This document shows, in pieces, positions 14,076 through 27,190 of a stretch of DNA of 64,000 nucleotides. The notes below the pieces were generated by a model. That model saw only the letters and a list, made by a program, of their open reading frames with translations, did not search any database and was not told the origin of the DNA. Each line of letters begins with the position of its first letter. Positions within the stretch are counted from its first letter, which is position 1. Both the position numbers and the translations under genes were made by a program. Origin of the DNA: the human T2T-CHM13v2.0 reference genome, Homo sapiens; assembly GCF_009914755.1 (NCBI RefSeq), contig NC_060932.1; one strand, written 5' to 3'.

Positions 14076-14184
14076 ATGACATGTGAAAAAGTCCTTGATT
14101 TGATGTGCTACATGGTACTCCCCATTCAAGATGGAGGCAAATCCCAGGAGGAACCCTCGAAAGTAAAGCCCAAATTTAGAAAAG
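14076..14184 (+). CDS. INTS10: INTS10 coding exon (about 13): MTCEKVLDLMCYMVLPIQDGGKSQEEPSKVKPKFRK(G)
   Basis: ctgctttAG acceptor, AAAG|gtacag donor, 109 nt, phase 0 to 1. Confidence 0.94.
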
Positions 14185-14230
14185 GTACAGTGACATGTTT
14201 TATGACTATTTTGTAAAAATAGCTTTAGAA

Positions 14231-14375
14231 AGCCAGGCACGGTGGCTCACACTTGTAATCTCAGCTACTCGGAAGTCGAGGCGGGAGGATAGCTTTTGAG
14301 CCCAGGAGTTTGAGACCAGCCTGGGCAATGTAGTGAGACCCCATCTCTTAAAAAATTTTAAAAAGAAAAGAAAAA
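14231..14375 (+). mobile_element. Alu monomer (FLAM-like)
   Basis: Left-arm monomer with A tail; TSD aaaaatag(c/t)tttag. Confidence 0.8.
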
Positions 14376-15097
14376 TAGTTTTAGGACCCAAGGCTGAACA
14401 ATGTTTTACAGTTCCTAATGAGATAATACTGCTGCAGGGCTTGCCAAATTGTATAAAAAGTTAATCCCTTTCCAAGTTTTTCCTTGGCTCTGATTTCATG
14501 AGCAGCTGTAAATGTCTTTCTTCCAAAGCTCTCTTCACTTCCTGAGTGTGTTATCTCTTTGACAAATTTCAGTGAACTCTTTTTCCTGTCTTTACAATTC
14601 TAGAAAAATGTGTAGATGATTAATTAGGAGGTATCTGTCAGCACATCCCTCTGAAACCATTCTGAGCTTCAGCTCAAGCTTCGTGTTGCTTGAAAAATGA
14701 AATGTACAGCTGATCTGAGTTTGTTAGAAAAAGATACATAAATTAAACTTGAAGAAAATAGATGACAGGAAAGAATAATGCTAAGAGCAGAAGTCAATGA
14801 AATAGAAAACAAAATAGAGAACATTAATAAAACTGGAAGTTTTTTTTTTGAAAAATATTATAAAATTGATAACCCCCTAACAAGATCGATAAGGAGGAAG
14901 GTGAACATAAATTACCAGTATCAGAAATGAAAAAGGGAGTGTCACTACAAATCCTACTGAAATCAAAAGGACAGTAAAGGAATACATTATGAAAAACTTT
15001 ATGCCAATAAATTTAACAACTTAGATGAAATGAAAAAGTTTCTTAAACACAATTTACCAAAATTGACACAAAAAATAAACAGAAAATCAGAATGTTC

Positions 15098-15391
<294 letters not shown>

Positions 15392-15813
15392 TCAGAATGT
15401 TCAAGAAAGAAAGAAAGAAAGAAAATAAATAAATCAGAATGTTCCCTTAGCTATTAAGGAAATTAAATTTGTTATCAAAAACCTTCCACAAAGAATTCAG
15501 GTTCAAATGGCTTTACTGGTGAATTCTATCAAGAATTTAGGAAGAAATAGTGCCAATTCTACACAAACTCTTATCAGAAAATAGAGGAAGAGTCCCAATT
15601 CATTTTTAAAGGCTGACACAATAACCCTGATAGTAAAACCAAACAAGAGTATCACAAGAAAAGAACTTTAAAGGCCAGTATCCATCATGAATTATAATAG
15701 GTGTCAAATCCTTAACAAAATATTAGCAAATTGAATACAGCAATATAGAAGGACAATATATTATGACCAGGTATACCAGGAATGCATAGGCGTTTGAACA
15801 TACAAAAATCAGT

Positions 15814-16130
<317 letters not shown>

Positions 16131-16441
16131 TCACTCCATTAGCAGACAGAAGGAGAAAAATCATGACTGTCTTAGTAGATGCATACAGAATTCAATATCA
16201 GTTCATGATAACAAAAATCTTAGCAAACTAGGAATAGAAGGAAACTATTTTTTAACATCAAACTTAACTATGAAGTATTGAATGCTTTCCCCCACTAAGA
16301 TTAGAAACAATACAAGGATGTCTGCCCTCACCACTTCTGTTCAATAATCTGGAGATTCTAGGCAGTACAGCAGGCAAGAAAAGTGAATAAAGGCATAAAG
16401 ATCTGACAAATATGAGTACCTTTATTCACAGTTACATATTT

Positions 16442-16748
16442 GGCCAGGCATGGTGGCTTATGCCTGTAATCCCCGCACTTTGAGAGGCTGATGCAGGTGG
16501 ATTGCTTGAGCCCAGGAGCCCAAACCAGCATGGGCAACAAAGTGAGATCCCGTCTCTACAAAAAATTTAAAAATCAGTCAGGCTTAGTGGTGTGCACCTG
16601 TAGTTCCAGCTGTCTAGAGGCTGAGGCAGGAGGATCGCTTGAGCCCAGGAGGTCAAAGCTGTGGTGAGCTATGATTGTGTCACTGCACTCCAGCCTGGGT
16701 GACAGAGAAAGATTTCCCTGTCTCAAAAAACAAAAACAAAAAACCCAA
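16442..16748 (+). mobile_element. Alu (AluJ-like) inside L1
   Basis: TSD acagttacatattt. Confidence 0.9.
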
Positions 16749-16804
16749 CACAGTTACATATTTGGCTATGTAGAAAACTTGAGGGAATCTCCACAAATCC
16801 CCAA

Positions 16805-17113
16805 GGCTGGGCGCAGTGGCTCACACCTCTAATCCCAACACTTTGGGAGGCCGAGGCAGGTGGATCACTTGAGGCCAGGAGTTTGAGACAAGCCTGGCCA
16901 ACATGGTGAAACCCCATCTCTACTAACAGTACAAAAATAAGCCAGGTATAGTGGCACACACCTTTAATCCCAGCTACTCAGGAGGTTGAGGTGGGAGAAT
17001 CACTTGAATCTGGGAGGTGGAGGTTTCATTGAGCCAAGATTGCACCACTGCACTCCAGCCTAGGCGACAGAGTGAGACCTTGTCTCAAAAAAAAAAAAAA
17101 AAAAAAAAAAAAA
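16805..17113 (+). mobile_element. Alu (AluS-like) inside L1, long pure A tail
   Basis: Full Alu with ~27 A. Confidence 0.92.
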
Positions 17114-19871
17114 ATTCCAAGACGTTTTAGTGTATAAAAAATCAATTCAATTTGTATGCTATTAATAAGCAATTAGAAAATGAATTTTTTAAGATACTAT
17201 TTCTAATAGCATCAAAAAAACATAAAATACTTAGAGGTAAATTTAATGAAAGATATGCAAAACCTCCACTTTGAATATCAGAAAACATTTCTGAGAAAAA
17301 TTAAAGATTTTTGAAAATGGACAGATCATGTTTCTATATCAGAAGATTCAATATTATTATGGTGCCAGTTCTCCCCACGTGTATCTGTAGATTCAATGCA
17401 ATTTCAAGCAAAATTACAGCAGACTTTACGGTTTTTGGTGGTTTTTTGCTAGAAGTTCACAAAGTGATTCTAAAATGTAAGTGGAAATATTACATAATCT
17501 AGAATAGTCAAAACAGGTTTTAAAAAGACACAATTAAGTGACTTATACTACATAATAACAAGACTTAATATACAAGCATAATAATCAAGACAGAGTTGAC
17601 AAAATATCGACATAAGAATGGAGAATCCAGAAATAGACCTGCATAGATTTGATCAAATGATTTTCGATGAAGGCATCAAAGTAATTCAATAAGGAAAGGA
17701 AAGACTTTTCAACCAATGGTGCTGGAGCAGATTACGTTGTATATGTTTGAAGTTTTCTATAACAAATGGTCAAAAAAAAAAATCTAGCCCAGACTTCTTC
17801 AAAAATTAAGTATTTCTGCAGAACAGAAAGTTTCTGGTTGAAACTCATGACCCTGTAGATGAAGACTCACAGCTTGAGAAACACTAATCTAAGGTGTACA
17901 ACTAGGAGGCAAGGCATATAATTAGGTAATGACATGTTCAACTTGGTAATGCTAAGTTAGTTTCCAGAGTGGCTGCATGACTTTATATACCTTCCAGAAA
18001 CTGATTAGGTGGATAGGACTGACCTAGCTGACTTCAAGACTTATTTTAAAGCTTTAGTAATTTAAGACAGGGTAGTATTGGCACAGGGGTTGACCAGTGG
18101 AACAGCATAGAAAACTGAGAAATAGATGACATTAAAATTCAGTGGGGGAAGAATGAATTTATTCAATAAGTGGTACTAGAACAATTTATTATCCAAATGT
18201 AAAAAACGACAATAAAAAAATGAGATCCCCTCCTTCACACTACATAGACATCCTTTAAATTTTAAGGTTGAAATGTGACAGCAAAAACTCCAAAACTTCC
18301 AAACTTTTAGAAGAAAATTTAAAAATAGAAAGATTAGTAAATTTGATCACATTAAAATTAAAATACCAACAAAGGCTGTTACAATCAAAGTGAAAAGATA
18401 AGGCATAGGCTGCCAGAAAATTGTCTATCACACAAAATCAACAAAAACTTAGTATCTAGAGTTTTGAAAGAGCTCCTTCAGACCAATAGGAAGCAATTAT
18501 CCAATCCCCATAGAAAAATAGGCAAAGGACAGGAAGAACAGATTCACAGGAGCAGAAATCCAAATGGCCAAAAACTATTTGGAAAGATTCTCAACCTTTT
18601 GTCATATGGGCAATTCAGAATAAAACAATAAACTACCATTTCACACACATCAGAATGCAAAAATTGAAGAGGATGTGAAGGAACACAGTGCCACGTGCTT
18701 CTGGAAGGTGTATAAAGTCATGCAACCATTCTGGAAACCAACTTCCCATGACCAAGTTGAACATGTCATTACCTAATTATTAAATGTACCTCGCGTCCTA
18801 GTTGTATACCTTAGATGAGTGTTTTTCAAGCTGTGAGTTTTCATTTACAGGGTCATGAGTTTCAACCAGAAATTTTCTTTTTTAATGAGATAGAATTCAA
18901 TAATATTTTAAGACGACATCTCAGACAAGAAGAGAGACTGTTATTCCATGCACCTTTTGTTTTGGATCTATCACATTATGTAAGTATGTGTGTACAGGAT
19001 CCCATGTGAAAAATATTTATTTCTTGCTATCTTGCCTCTGAGTAGAGAAAGATAACAGACATAAAGAACACAGACCAGAAAGGAAAGATTGGGATTTTGC
19101 TTTGAAAGCTATTGCTTAAAGTTATTTCCACAAATGTACAAGAATATGTAAGAATGTATATTTATCATTGTAATAGTGAAAAATTGGAAATGTCAATATC
19201 CTCTGTAAAAGGAATGCAGACAACAGAATACTATATAACACTGAAAATGAATGAACTAGAGCTATGTGTATTGATATTGACCAGTTGATAAATCTGAACC
19301 ACATGAAGTTGAGTAAAAAAAGCAATTTGCAGAAGGATACATACAAAATGACACCATTTATATAGTAGACTGAAAGCATGCAGAACAATCCATTGTTGTT
19401 TACGTGTGTAACAGTCATAGGAATGACAACCACTGCCTTCAGAATTATGGCGACCTCTGCGATGGAAGAGAATGGGATCAGAGAAGGATACACAATAGGC
19501 TTTAACTGATTTTGTGATTATTGATATTAGAAATGTTTAAAATTAAGATATTAACATTTCATGAAGCTGAGTGGTGAGCACACCAGTGTTATATTCTCTC
19601 TATATAACTTTGTGTATATTTGAAATGTTTTCTCATAAAAAGTATTTAAGCAAGTTTAGGAAAGAATATTGATAAATGAAATCTAGAGACCATCAAAAGC
19701 CAATTTCACCATCACAAAGTATAATTGTGTTTCAAATATAATTGAAATTGTGTGACTGTTGCATATTCTCTTTTTTGTTGTTGTTAATGAAAGCATCTTA
19801 AACAGTTGCCTTTCAAAGCTGTTATCTTTGATAATAACATACATTAACCTAACATTGTGGACTTCTGTTAG

Positions 19872-19951
19872 GTTCGGATCTGAAGCTCCTGCCTTGTACC
19901 AGCAAGGCTATCATGCCATACTGCCTCCATTTAATGTTAGCCTGTTTTAAG
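19872..19951 (+). CDS. INTS10: INTS10 coding exon (about 14): [26 protein letters not shown]
   Basis: ctgttAG acceptor, AAG|gtaagc donor, 80 nt, phase 1 to 0. Confidence 0.93.
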
Positions 19952-21099
19952 GTAAGCTTAAAGTTGATTAGCTTGAAAAAAAATGTAATTTCAAATATTA
20001 TTCTCATGACTCGAGAACTTGAGAACCTTGCTAAGGATTGTTATTTTAGTACTTTTGAGGGCAGGCCCAAACAGTTAGAAAAGCACATGGGCTACTAATT
20101 AACAAATCTATATTAAATAATGACTGCGCTAGGCAAAGAGAAGTAGGAAGTTCTCCCCGTCCTCAAAAAGTGTAATAGTGGGACAGATATGCAAATAACC
20201 TTGACTGTTGTAGTGTTTGGTAAATATTTTATCAATATAAATATATTAGCTACAAAGAAAGGGAATACAAATTGCGGTTAGGTTCATGGAGGGATGATGA
20301 GTTTGTCATTGTAAAGATGTGCTAGATTAAGCATGTTAGGTGTTGAGATCAACACCAGTAACAGCCCAACAGTTGGGAAAGTTCCGGGACTTGAAAGAAC
20401 GCCAAGGCCCTTGGCTACAGGTAGAGCAGAGCCTTAGAGCAGGGAGGCTTCATTGTTTCTGGAAGGTTTGTTGGCCAGAGAGTAAAACATTGGGTCTCCA
20501 CTTCAGTGCAGTAACTCCCACTTAACTCATCATCCATATCACTTTTTTAGGGCAACAAAAACAATTTAAAGTGTGATTTTATGCATAACCGCTCATTTGA
20601 AACAAAAACTGTTTTGACCATTTCTTTAGTTCACACTTCTGCTTATTTCCTTGTGGCTCACCACCTTTCCTTCTCTGCAATCCCATGTTCTCTACAAACA
20701 GTTCTCTCCTGGATGGCCTCTTGCCCACCTACTCCCATCTGCTCCCTTTCAAAGAAATCTTCAGATTTATTTCTCCATTACACAGGATGAATCAGAGTTC
20801 TCTGCCCCTGATTCTCATATGCAAAAGCTTCAGGCCCACCCATGTCCAACTGCCATCTACACACTGCCAGCAGCTGTGCAGAGGGAGCCTGAGGCTTCTT
20901 TGGTTAGAATCCACCCTCCTTAGAAGGCAGCTGTGATGTTTACCAGCCATTTCGTTGTGCCTTTGTTTCCTTCTTACTCTAATGACGTTTATCACACATT
21001 TGCATATACAGCATATTTTTGGAAAGTGATGTTTGCTGTATTTCAGATTACCCTGTGACTTCCTTTTCCTTCTGTCTTGTATAAATCTTTGTCTTGCAG

Positions 21100-21262
21100 C
21101 TTAGAGCTTTCACAGACAACAGAGACGACATGGCATTGGGGCATGTGATTGTGTTGCTTCAGCAAGAGTGGCCACGGGGCGAGAATCTTTTCCTGAAAGC
21201 TGTCAATAAAATTTGCCAACAAGGAAATTTCCAATATGAGAATTTTTTCAATTACGTTACAA
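21100..21262 (+). CDS. INTS10: INTS10 coding exon (about 15): [54 protein letters not shown](N)
   Basis: tcttgcAG acceptor; donor A|GTATCCTTT (U12 type); 163 nt, phase 0 to 1. Confidence 0.93.
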
Positions 21263-21914
21263 GTATCCTTTTTTCTTGTTTAAGCATAACACATTCTGAT
21301 TTTCTTTAGAATGAATACATGATAGAAAAAGAATGAACCATTCTGGATAGAAATAATGATTTTTACTATTTTGCAGCGAAGAGAAGGAATGGGGATTAAA
21401 ACTGGGGCTGTGGCAGTTGATCTTCTGAAAGTCGTGAAAGACATGATTCAAGGAATTGGGAATCTTACAACCCTCTTCCATTTTCCACTGCTAGGTGACT
21501 TCTAAGAAGGTACCCAAAATGCCTCCAGTAATAGCCTACAGGTTGCTGATAGGTCCAGCTTGCCCGGTTTAGTCAAGGAATATAATACTAATAGTTCCTC
21601 TTCTTCCATCTGTCAAAAGAATGCCTCCTGTAGCCTCTGGGGACAGTGGCTGTGCCCTGCAATCACTTGTTAGGGCACCCTGCCATAGCTGTCTTACCTA
21701 CCAATGAGTACCCACCAGAGATGCTGCACAGCACAGTAGCTGCTTCTGACATTAGGTAATGCTGTATTTCACACTGCTTATTAGGGAAAGACCTTTGAAT
21801 TAAAGGTTAGTTATCAATTTGGGTGTTTTTACTTCATTGTTTATCTTATTACATTATTTCTGAATTGCAAGGAATATAAATGATATTCTTGTTCAGGTGC
21901 TCAGAGCAATAGTT

Positions 21915-22087
21915 TTTATTTTTATTTTGTTTTTTTTTAGAGTTGGGGTCTTGCTGTGTCACCCAGGCTGGAGTGTAGTGGTGTGATCATAGCTCACTGC
22001 AGTCTTAAACTCCTGGGCTCAAGAGACCCTCCTACCTCAGCCTTCTGAGTAGCTAGGACCACAGGTGTGCACTACCATACCAGGCCA
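21915..22087 (-). mobile_element. Alu monomer (FRAM-like)
   Basis: Right-arm monomer; TSD aatagttttta. Confidence 0.8.
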
Positions 22088-22479
22088 AAGTAATAGTTTT
22101 TAACCATGGTTTGGGACAGATATCTTTTGAGAATCTAATGAAAGTTACATAATTTTTCACTAGAAAAATGCATACATGAATGTCATCGACATATTGCATA
22201 AAATTTGGGTGACTCACAGAAGCTTCCTCCTCTGATGCATCTATAAACCCTTGCACCCCAGTTATGAAGAAGTAATCACTTGATTTTTATGAATTTTATG
22301 TTCTGTAACACCAAAGAATCCTCCCTACTTTCACCTCCTCTTTCATTTCTTATTAAGAAAACAAAAAAATTTTGCTCTTGTGACCATGTAGTATTAATTA
22401 TTATCGATATGGAAAACATGTTGTCCTCATGCTCTTTAGCCTGGCACATCTCATGCCAAGAGTTATCTGTGCGAGGGAG

Positions 22480-22695
22480 TTTAGTGGGTATAAGAATCAG
22501 GTTTTGGCATCAGACAGATCTGGGTTCAAATATGGAGTCTGCAGTTAGTGGGGTAGCAATGGGCAAGTTACTCAACTGCCAAGACCCCATTTCCTTATCA
22601 GAGAGAACTGGCACCTTTTTTAGTGGGATGGCAATGGGCAAGTTACTCAACTGCCGAGACCCCATTTCCTCATCAGAGAAAACTAGCACCTTTTT
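22480..22695 (+). mobile_element. MIR with an internal 75-bp tandem duplication
   Basis: cagacagatctgggttcaaat...gggcaagttactcaac...tttcctcatc MIR core; units 22546-22620 and 22621-22695. Confidence 0.75.
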
Positions 22696-22727
22696 TTACA
22701 TGTGGTTAACCTGAATCTGGCCTGCAG

Positions 22728-22821
22728 ATATTGATATGCTGGAGGAATTTGCCTACTTGAGAACTCAGGAAGGTGGGAAAATTCATCTGGAATTACTACC
22801 CAATCAAGGAATGCTGATCAA
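22728..22821 (+). CDS. INTS10: INTS10 coding exon (about 16): [30 protein letters not shown](K)
   Basis: cctgcAG acceptor, AA|gtaagc donor, 94 nt, phase 1 to 2. Confidence 0.93.
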
Positions 22822-23163
22822 GTAAGCATGTTCTCTTTTGCTCTTCCATGCTGAGTGCTCACCTTTTGTGTCTTTGTATGAAGTATTTGTAAATGTCTAT
22901 ACCTATCAAAAATTTAATACAAAGGACTTTAAACCTGGTCTCTGTTATGATAGTTTGATTCTGGGTACCTTTTGAAAAACTTGCATTTCCTTAACTACAT
23001 TTCTTAAAACACTTTGCTTAAATTGGGGTATTTTTGTCACATTTGCAACTTTTTCACTAGACAAAAGTCTCATTCATGATATCTTTTACTTTCAAAAATT
23101 TATAGGGTGAGTCTATAAGTTTCTGATTAGTCACAGAGTGCCTTTAATTAAGAACAGTTGTGT

Positions 23164-23480
<317 letters not shown>

Positions 23481-26184
23481 CAGCTGTGCTTAATTAAAAT
23501 TGTGCTGGGTTAGAAAAATTCTTTAGGAAAAACTACAGACTTTTTATTTATAAACTACCTATGAAGCCCTCCTATGCAGTCCTCATGACTTACATAACAA
23601 CGAAGTATTAATAGCCAGGTATAGTGCCTCTAAGAACACACCTGTCCCAAGAAATGATGGTGGGAGTGGTTGGTCTCCACCATGCTCCCCTGAACTCACA
23701 AGATGTTACTAAAATTCCGGGTTGGCCCAGATGAAAATGCCAAATTAGTGACCATTTATGATTTTTAAATAGCTCATAAATCTTGCTTCTCTCCTTCAAT
23801 CCTCATTGTAGTTTGGGTAATATATCCTCTCTGCTGTAAATGCCACGTGTAGTTTTATTTTCATACTTCCTCCTTTGCTTCCTGCACATTCAGTGTGTCT
23901 GTAAGTCAGTGTTAGAGTTTCTGCAAGAGACTGAATCCTGAATGAGAAGAAAGTACTGCTAAAACTAAAAACATTTTTCTTTTTCCCTCAGTTGTGGAAT
24001 AAACTAGTTTTCAGTGGTTGAAAGCAAAAATCCACATCTTGTTCTATCTTGATAGTCTTAGAAGTGCCTAGGGAAAGAAGTAAGAAATGTTCATTTTAGA
24101 TTTCTGTAACCTCAGTAGTTTGCTGGTAGCAAACATTTCTTTTTGTGTCTAGCAAGAATAGGGTCTTGTGGACTCCATTCTCAAGAATGGAAAGATTAAG
24201 TGGTTTTTTCTCCTTCATCTTATAAGTGTTATTAAATTATAAACTTTTAAAATAAAAGAACAGTGCTCTTTTTAAAAATACACGAGACCTTTCTGCATTG
24301 GTTTGCTTAAGCAGGATGGACAAGGACTGGCATCTTCCAATCCCCATTTACTTTTCTAAGATCGTGAATCGAAACTTTGGGAAGAATAACTATGTTGTTC
24401 AAAATATTCTTAACAGTGTTTGGGGATAAAGATTACCTTTGGATACGGAAGCCCAGGTAACCCCTTTTGTATTGTGATTTGTTTTCTAGACTTTGAAACT
24501 GGATATACAAATACACCCTGAATCAAGCTTTTTAGTTAATTCCCATCAGCAGTCACTATACGAGTTAATATAGAGACAGCCATAGTGGAACCGAAGTCTG
24601 TGTACATAGGATTAAACCTGCAGATGATTATCACTTTACCTAGATAATGCCTAACTGTTAGTGCAGGTGTGAGAGATGGATTGTCAAAAAATCAACAGTT
24701 GAACCTCAGACTTCATTGTACTGAACCTTTCTTCTTCTACCAGTTTTTACTGAGCTGAAGAGTGACATAAGTCCAAGTGGACAAACCCTAGGATGAGGAA
24801 TGAGAGCAAGGGGAGTGTTGGGTACCAGCTAGTATCACAGGGAAGAGTGTTTGGAGTTGTTTGTGTAAAGGATACCCATCATGCACTTCTAACTAGTGAG
24901 GGAGAACTCCAGGGTCTCCCACCTTGATCAATACAACCCTTAATTTCTTCTAACTTTCTATAGAAGACAAGCCTCTTAGGAAGGCTGCAGTTTCATCAGT
25001 TTGGAAGCAGGAATAGGGATTATTCCTTAGTGATCTGACCTCGTAGGGATTTGCCCAGTCTTCACTGTGTGAATCTCAAGGTTAATTACTTATGCCTAAA
25101 TTAACATGGTAGAAAGCACACTGCTTAAGCCAGAGAGCTCTTCCTAACTGAGGAATGGTTGGAATCTTTATTAAACAATCTGAATTCCTTTTCCCTTTGG
25201 GTTCCAAACAAGTTTTCTGAAGCCATTACAGACCTTTTGGGTGGTCCCTCCAGATGAGTGGCAGAGATGTTGTGAGCAGTGTACACTTCTCCCCGGGGGT
25301 AAGGCTGTGAGTCTGCCCTAGCTGTGGCATCTGGGATGCAAGCAGGTACAGTACCAACACTGAGGGCACCCGGTGCTTCACTCAAAGGAGGGAGAAGCTC
25401 TTAATCTGTTATACAGACCTTTTGCTCTTAAGTATTTTAAAATAGAGAAATGTTTCTGTGCTGATAAATGCAGTATCTTAGTTGTATTAGAGTGGATTAA
25501 AATGGAAAACAATGTCCTACTTATACTCTGAATAGGGTGGATAATAATGTTCTATGAGGTGATCACCAGCTAATACACTAAATCTTTGTTGTTACAGAAT
25601 TCTGCACAGCCATGGGTCCCGGACTCTTATTTTCCCCCATCTGTTCTCAATACGTTTTTGAAATTGAAACTCACCCTTTTTTTAAATCAAAAACATTGCC
25701 AGACCATTTAGTCCTCTTGGAAGGGCCTCTCCGGTGGGGCTTCAGTCCTGTTAAAGATGGTTACCAGACATCACCAGGTTGAATGCTGGGACTGGTGTAC
25801 CGTGAGAAGAGTGGAAAGTAAAGAGGCTGGCTTTGAAAATGTGTCTTCTCAAAGGCTGCCCCTACTCCCTATTGCCATTCAGCTGCATTCCATCATCCTC
25901 TTCCTCACTGGTCGCTTTTTATACCACCTCAAAAGGGGGCTGAGCTCTGGGACCAGGAACTGAGACGCCTCTGGACACGCACCAGCAGCAGCGGGTGCAG
26001 TGAGGGCTGGCTAGCTTCTCCCCAGTCTCCTTAAACACCCAGCCACGGCCAGGGGCTTGTTGAGGTTAATGAGTTTCTGTTTAGTCTGCTTCTAGTCTTG
26101 TGTATTTTCTCTGGAGTGTTGTTTTTGCAGTGCAGGGTGAGTCGGTGTGGGTGTTTGAATGCTGCTGTTTGCTGTTTTTTAAAG

Positions 26185-26262
26185 GCCTTCTAGCCCTCCC
26201 ATGGGGTTACTGCAGCAGGAATTCTTACCTGTGCTTCAGCCCAGCATACAGACTGCTGACAG
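26185..26262 (+). CDS. INTS10: Alternative in-frame cassette exon of INTS10 (+26 aa: PSSPPMGLLQQEFLPVLQPSIQTAD(R))
   Basis: ttttttaaAG acceptor, AG|gtacca donor, 78 nt, symmetric phase 2, no stop; overlaps ORF 26201..26413. Confidence 0.7.
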
Positions 26263-26995
26263 GTACCAAGTGGAATCAACGCCCGCTCATAGTGTGCTGT
26301 TTGTCAACATGTTCGCTGCCCATGGTTCTCAGCTCTTCGTTCCTCAGTGCTCTTTTTCATGCTTTCTTTCTTTTTTAATTTGTTCCGCATTTTGGCAAAC
26401 CATCTGGTTGTAATATTGTAACATTTCTTATTTTTTTTCCATAAGTTGCCAGTGTGTTTGTGTTCGATTTAAAAATCATTATGGATCTGGAAAAAACAAT
26501 GAAAGCTATATAAATCTGTATTCAATTAAGTGCACATTAGCTTAGGTGCACCATGATTCTCTTTTGATAAAACGTTAAGGCTTTCGGTCATATATATTTA
26601 AGGATGCTGACGTTTATTTTAAGTACATTTTTATTTGTGGATACTCATATGAGTGACCAGTCATTATGGTCATATTAGCAATTAGTTGCCTGGTATCTAA
26701 ATAGGCACTAATGTGTTTTTTTTCCTGCTACTGATGTTTTTTCAGACCTTACCTTTCTGAATTGAAAATATTTGATAGGCTAAAATGCCACATTTATTAG
26801 CTGGTTTATCCTGTTCTTAAACCACAAAAGCTTACTAATTCTCTTTTTCATCCAAACTTACCAAAGTGATAGTGCTTCTAATAGAAATATAATTGAATTG
26901 TGCCACTCTTTATATATGGAGATAATACAAATTGGACCCTGATCTGCAGGATGTAGCATTTAGTTATATTTTTAGTGGTATTAAAAGCAGGGTTT

Positions 26996-27190
26996 ATTAG
27001 CCAGGCCTGGTGGCATATGCCTGTAATCCCAGCTACTCGGGAGGCTGAGGCACAAGAATTGCTTGAACCCAGGAGGCAGAGGTGGCAGTGAGCTGAGATC
27101 ATTGCCACTGCACTTCAGCCTGGGTGACACAGCAAGATAGCAAGATGCCATCTCAAAAAAAAAAAAAAAAAGAAAGAAAGAAAAAAAAAG
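26996..27190 (+). mobile_element. 5'-truncated Alu (right arm)
   Basis: Right monomer plus A/GAAA tail. Confidence 0.85.

Larger units (their letters stand above)
21263..22727 (+). other. INTS10: U12-type (minor spliceosome) GT-AG intron of INTS10
   Basis: 5' splice site GTATCCTTT is the U12 consensus; TTAAC branch core at 22706-22710, about 18 nt before cAG, with no polypyrimidine tract between. Confidence 0.85.
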
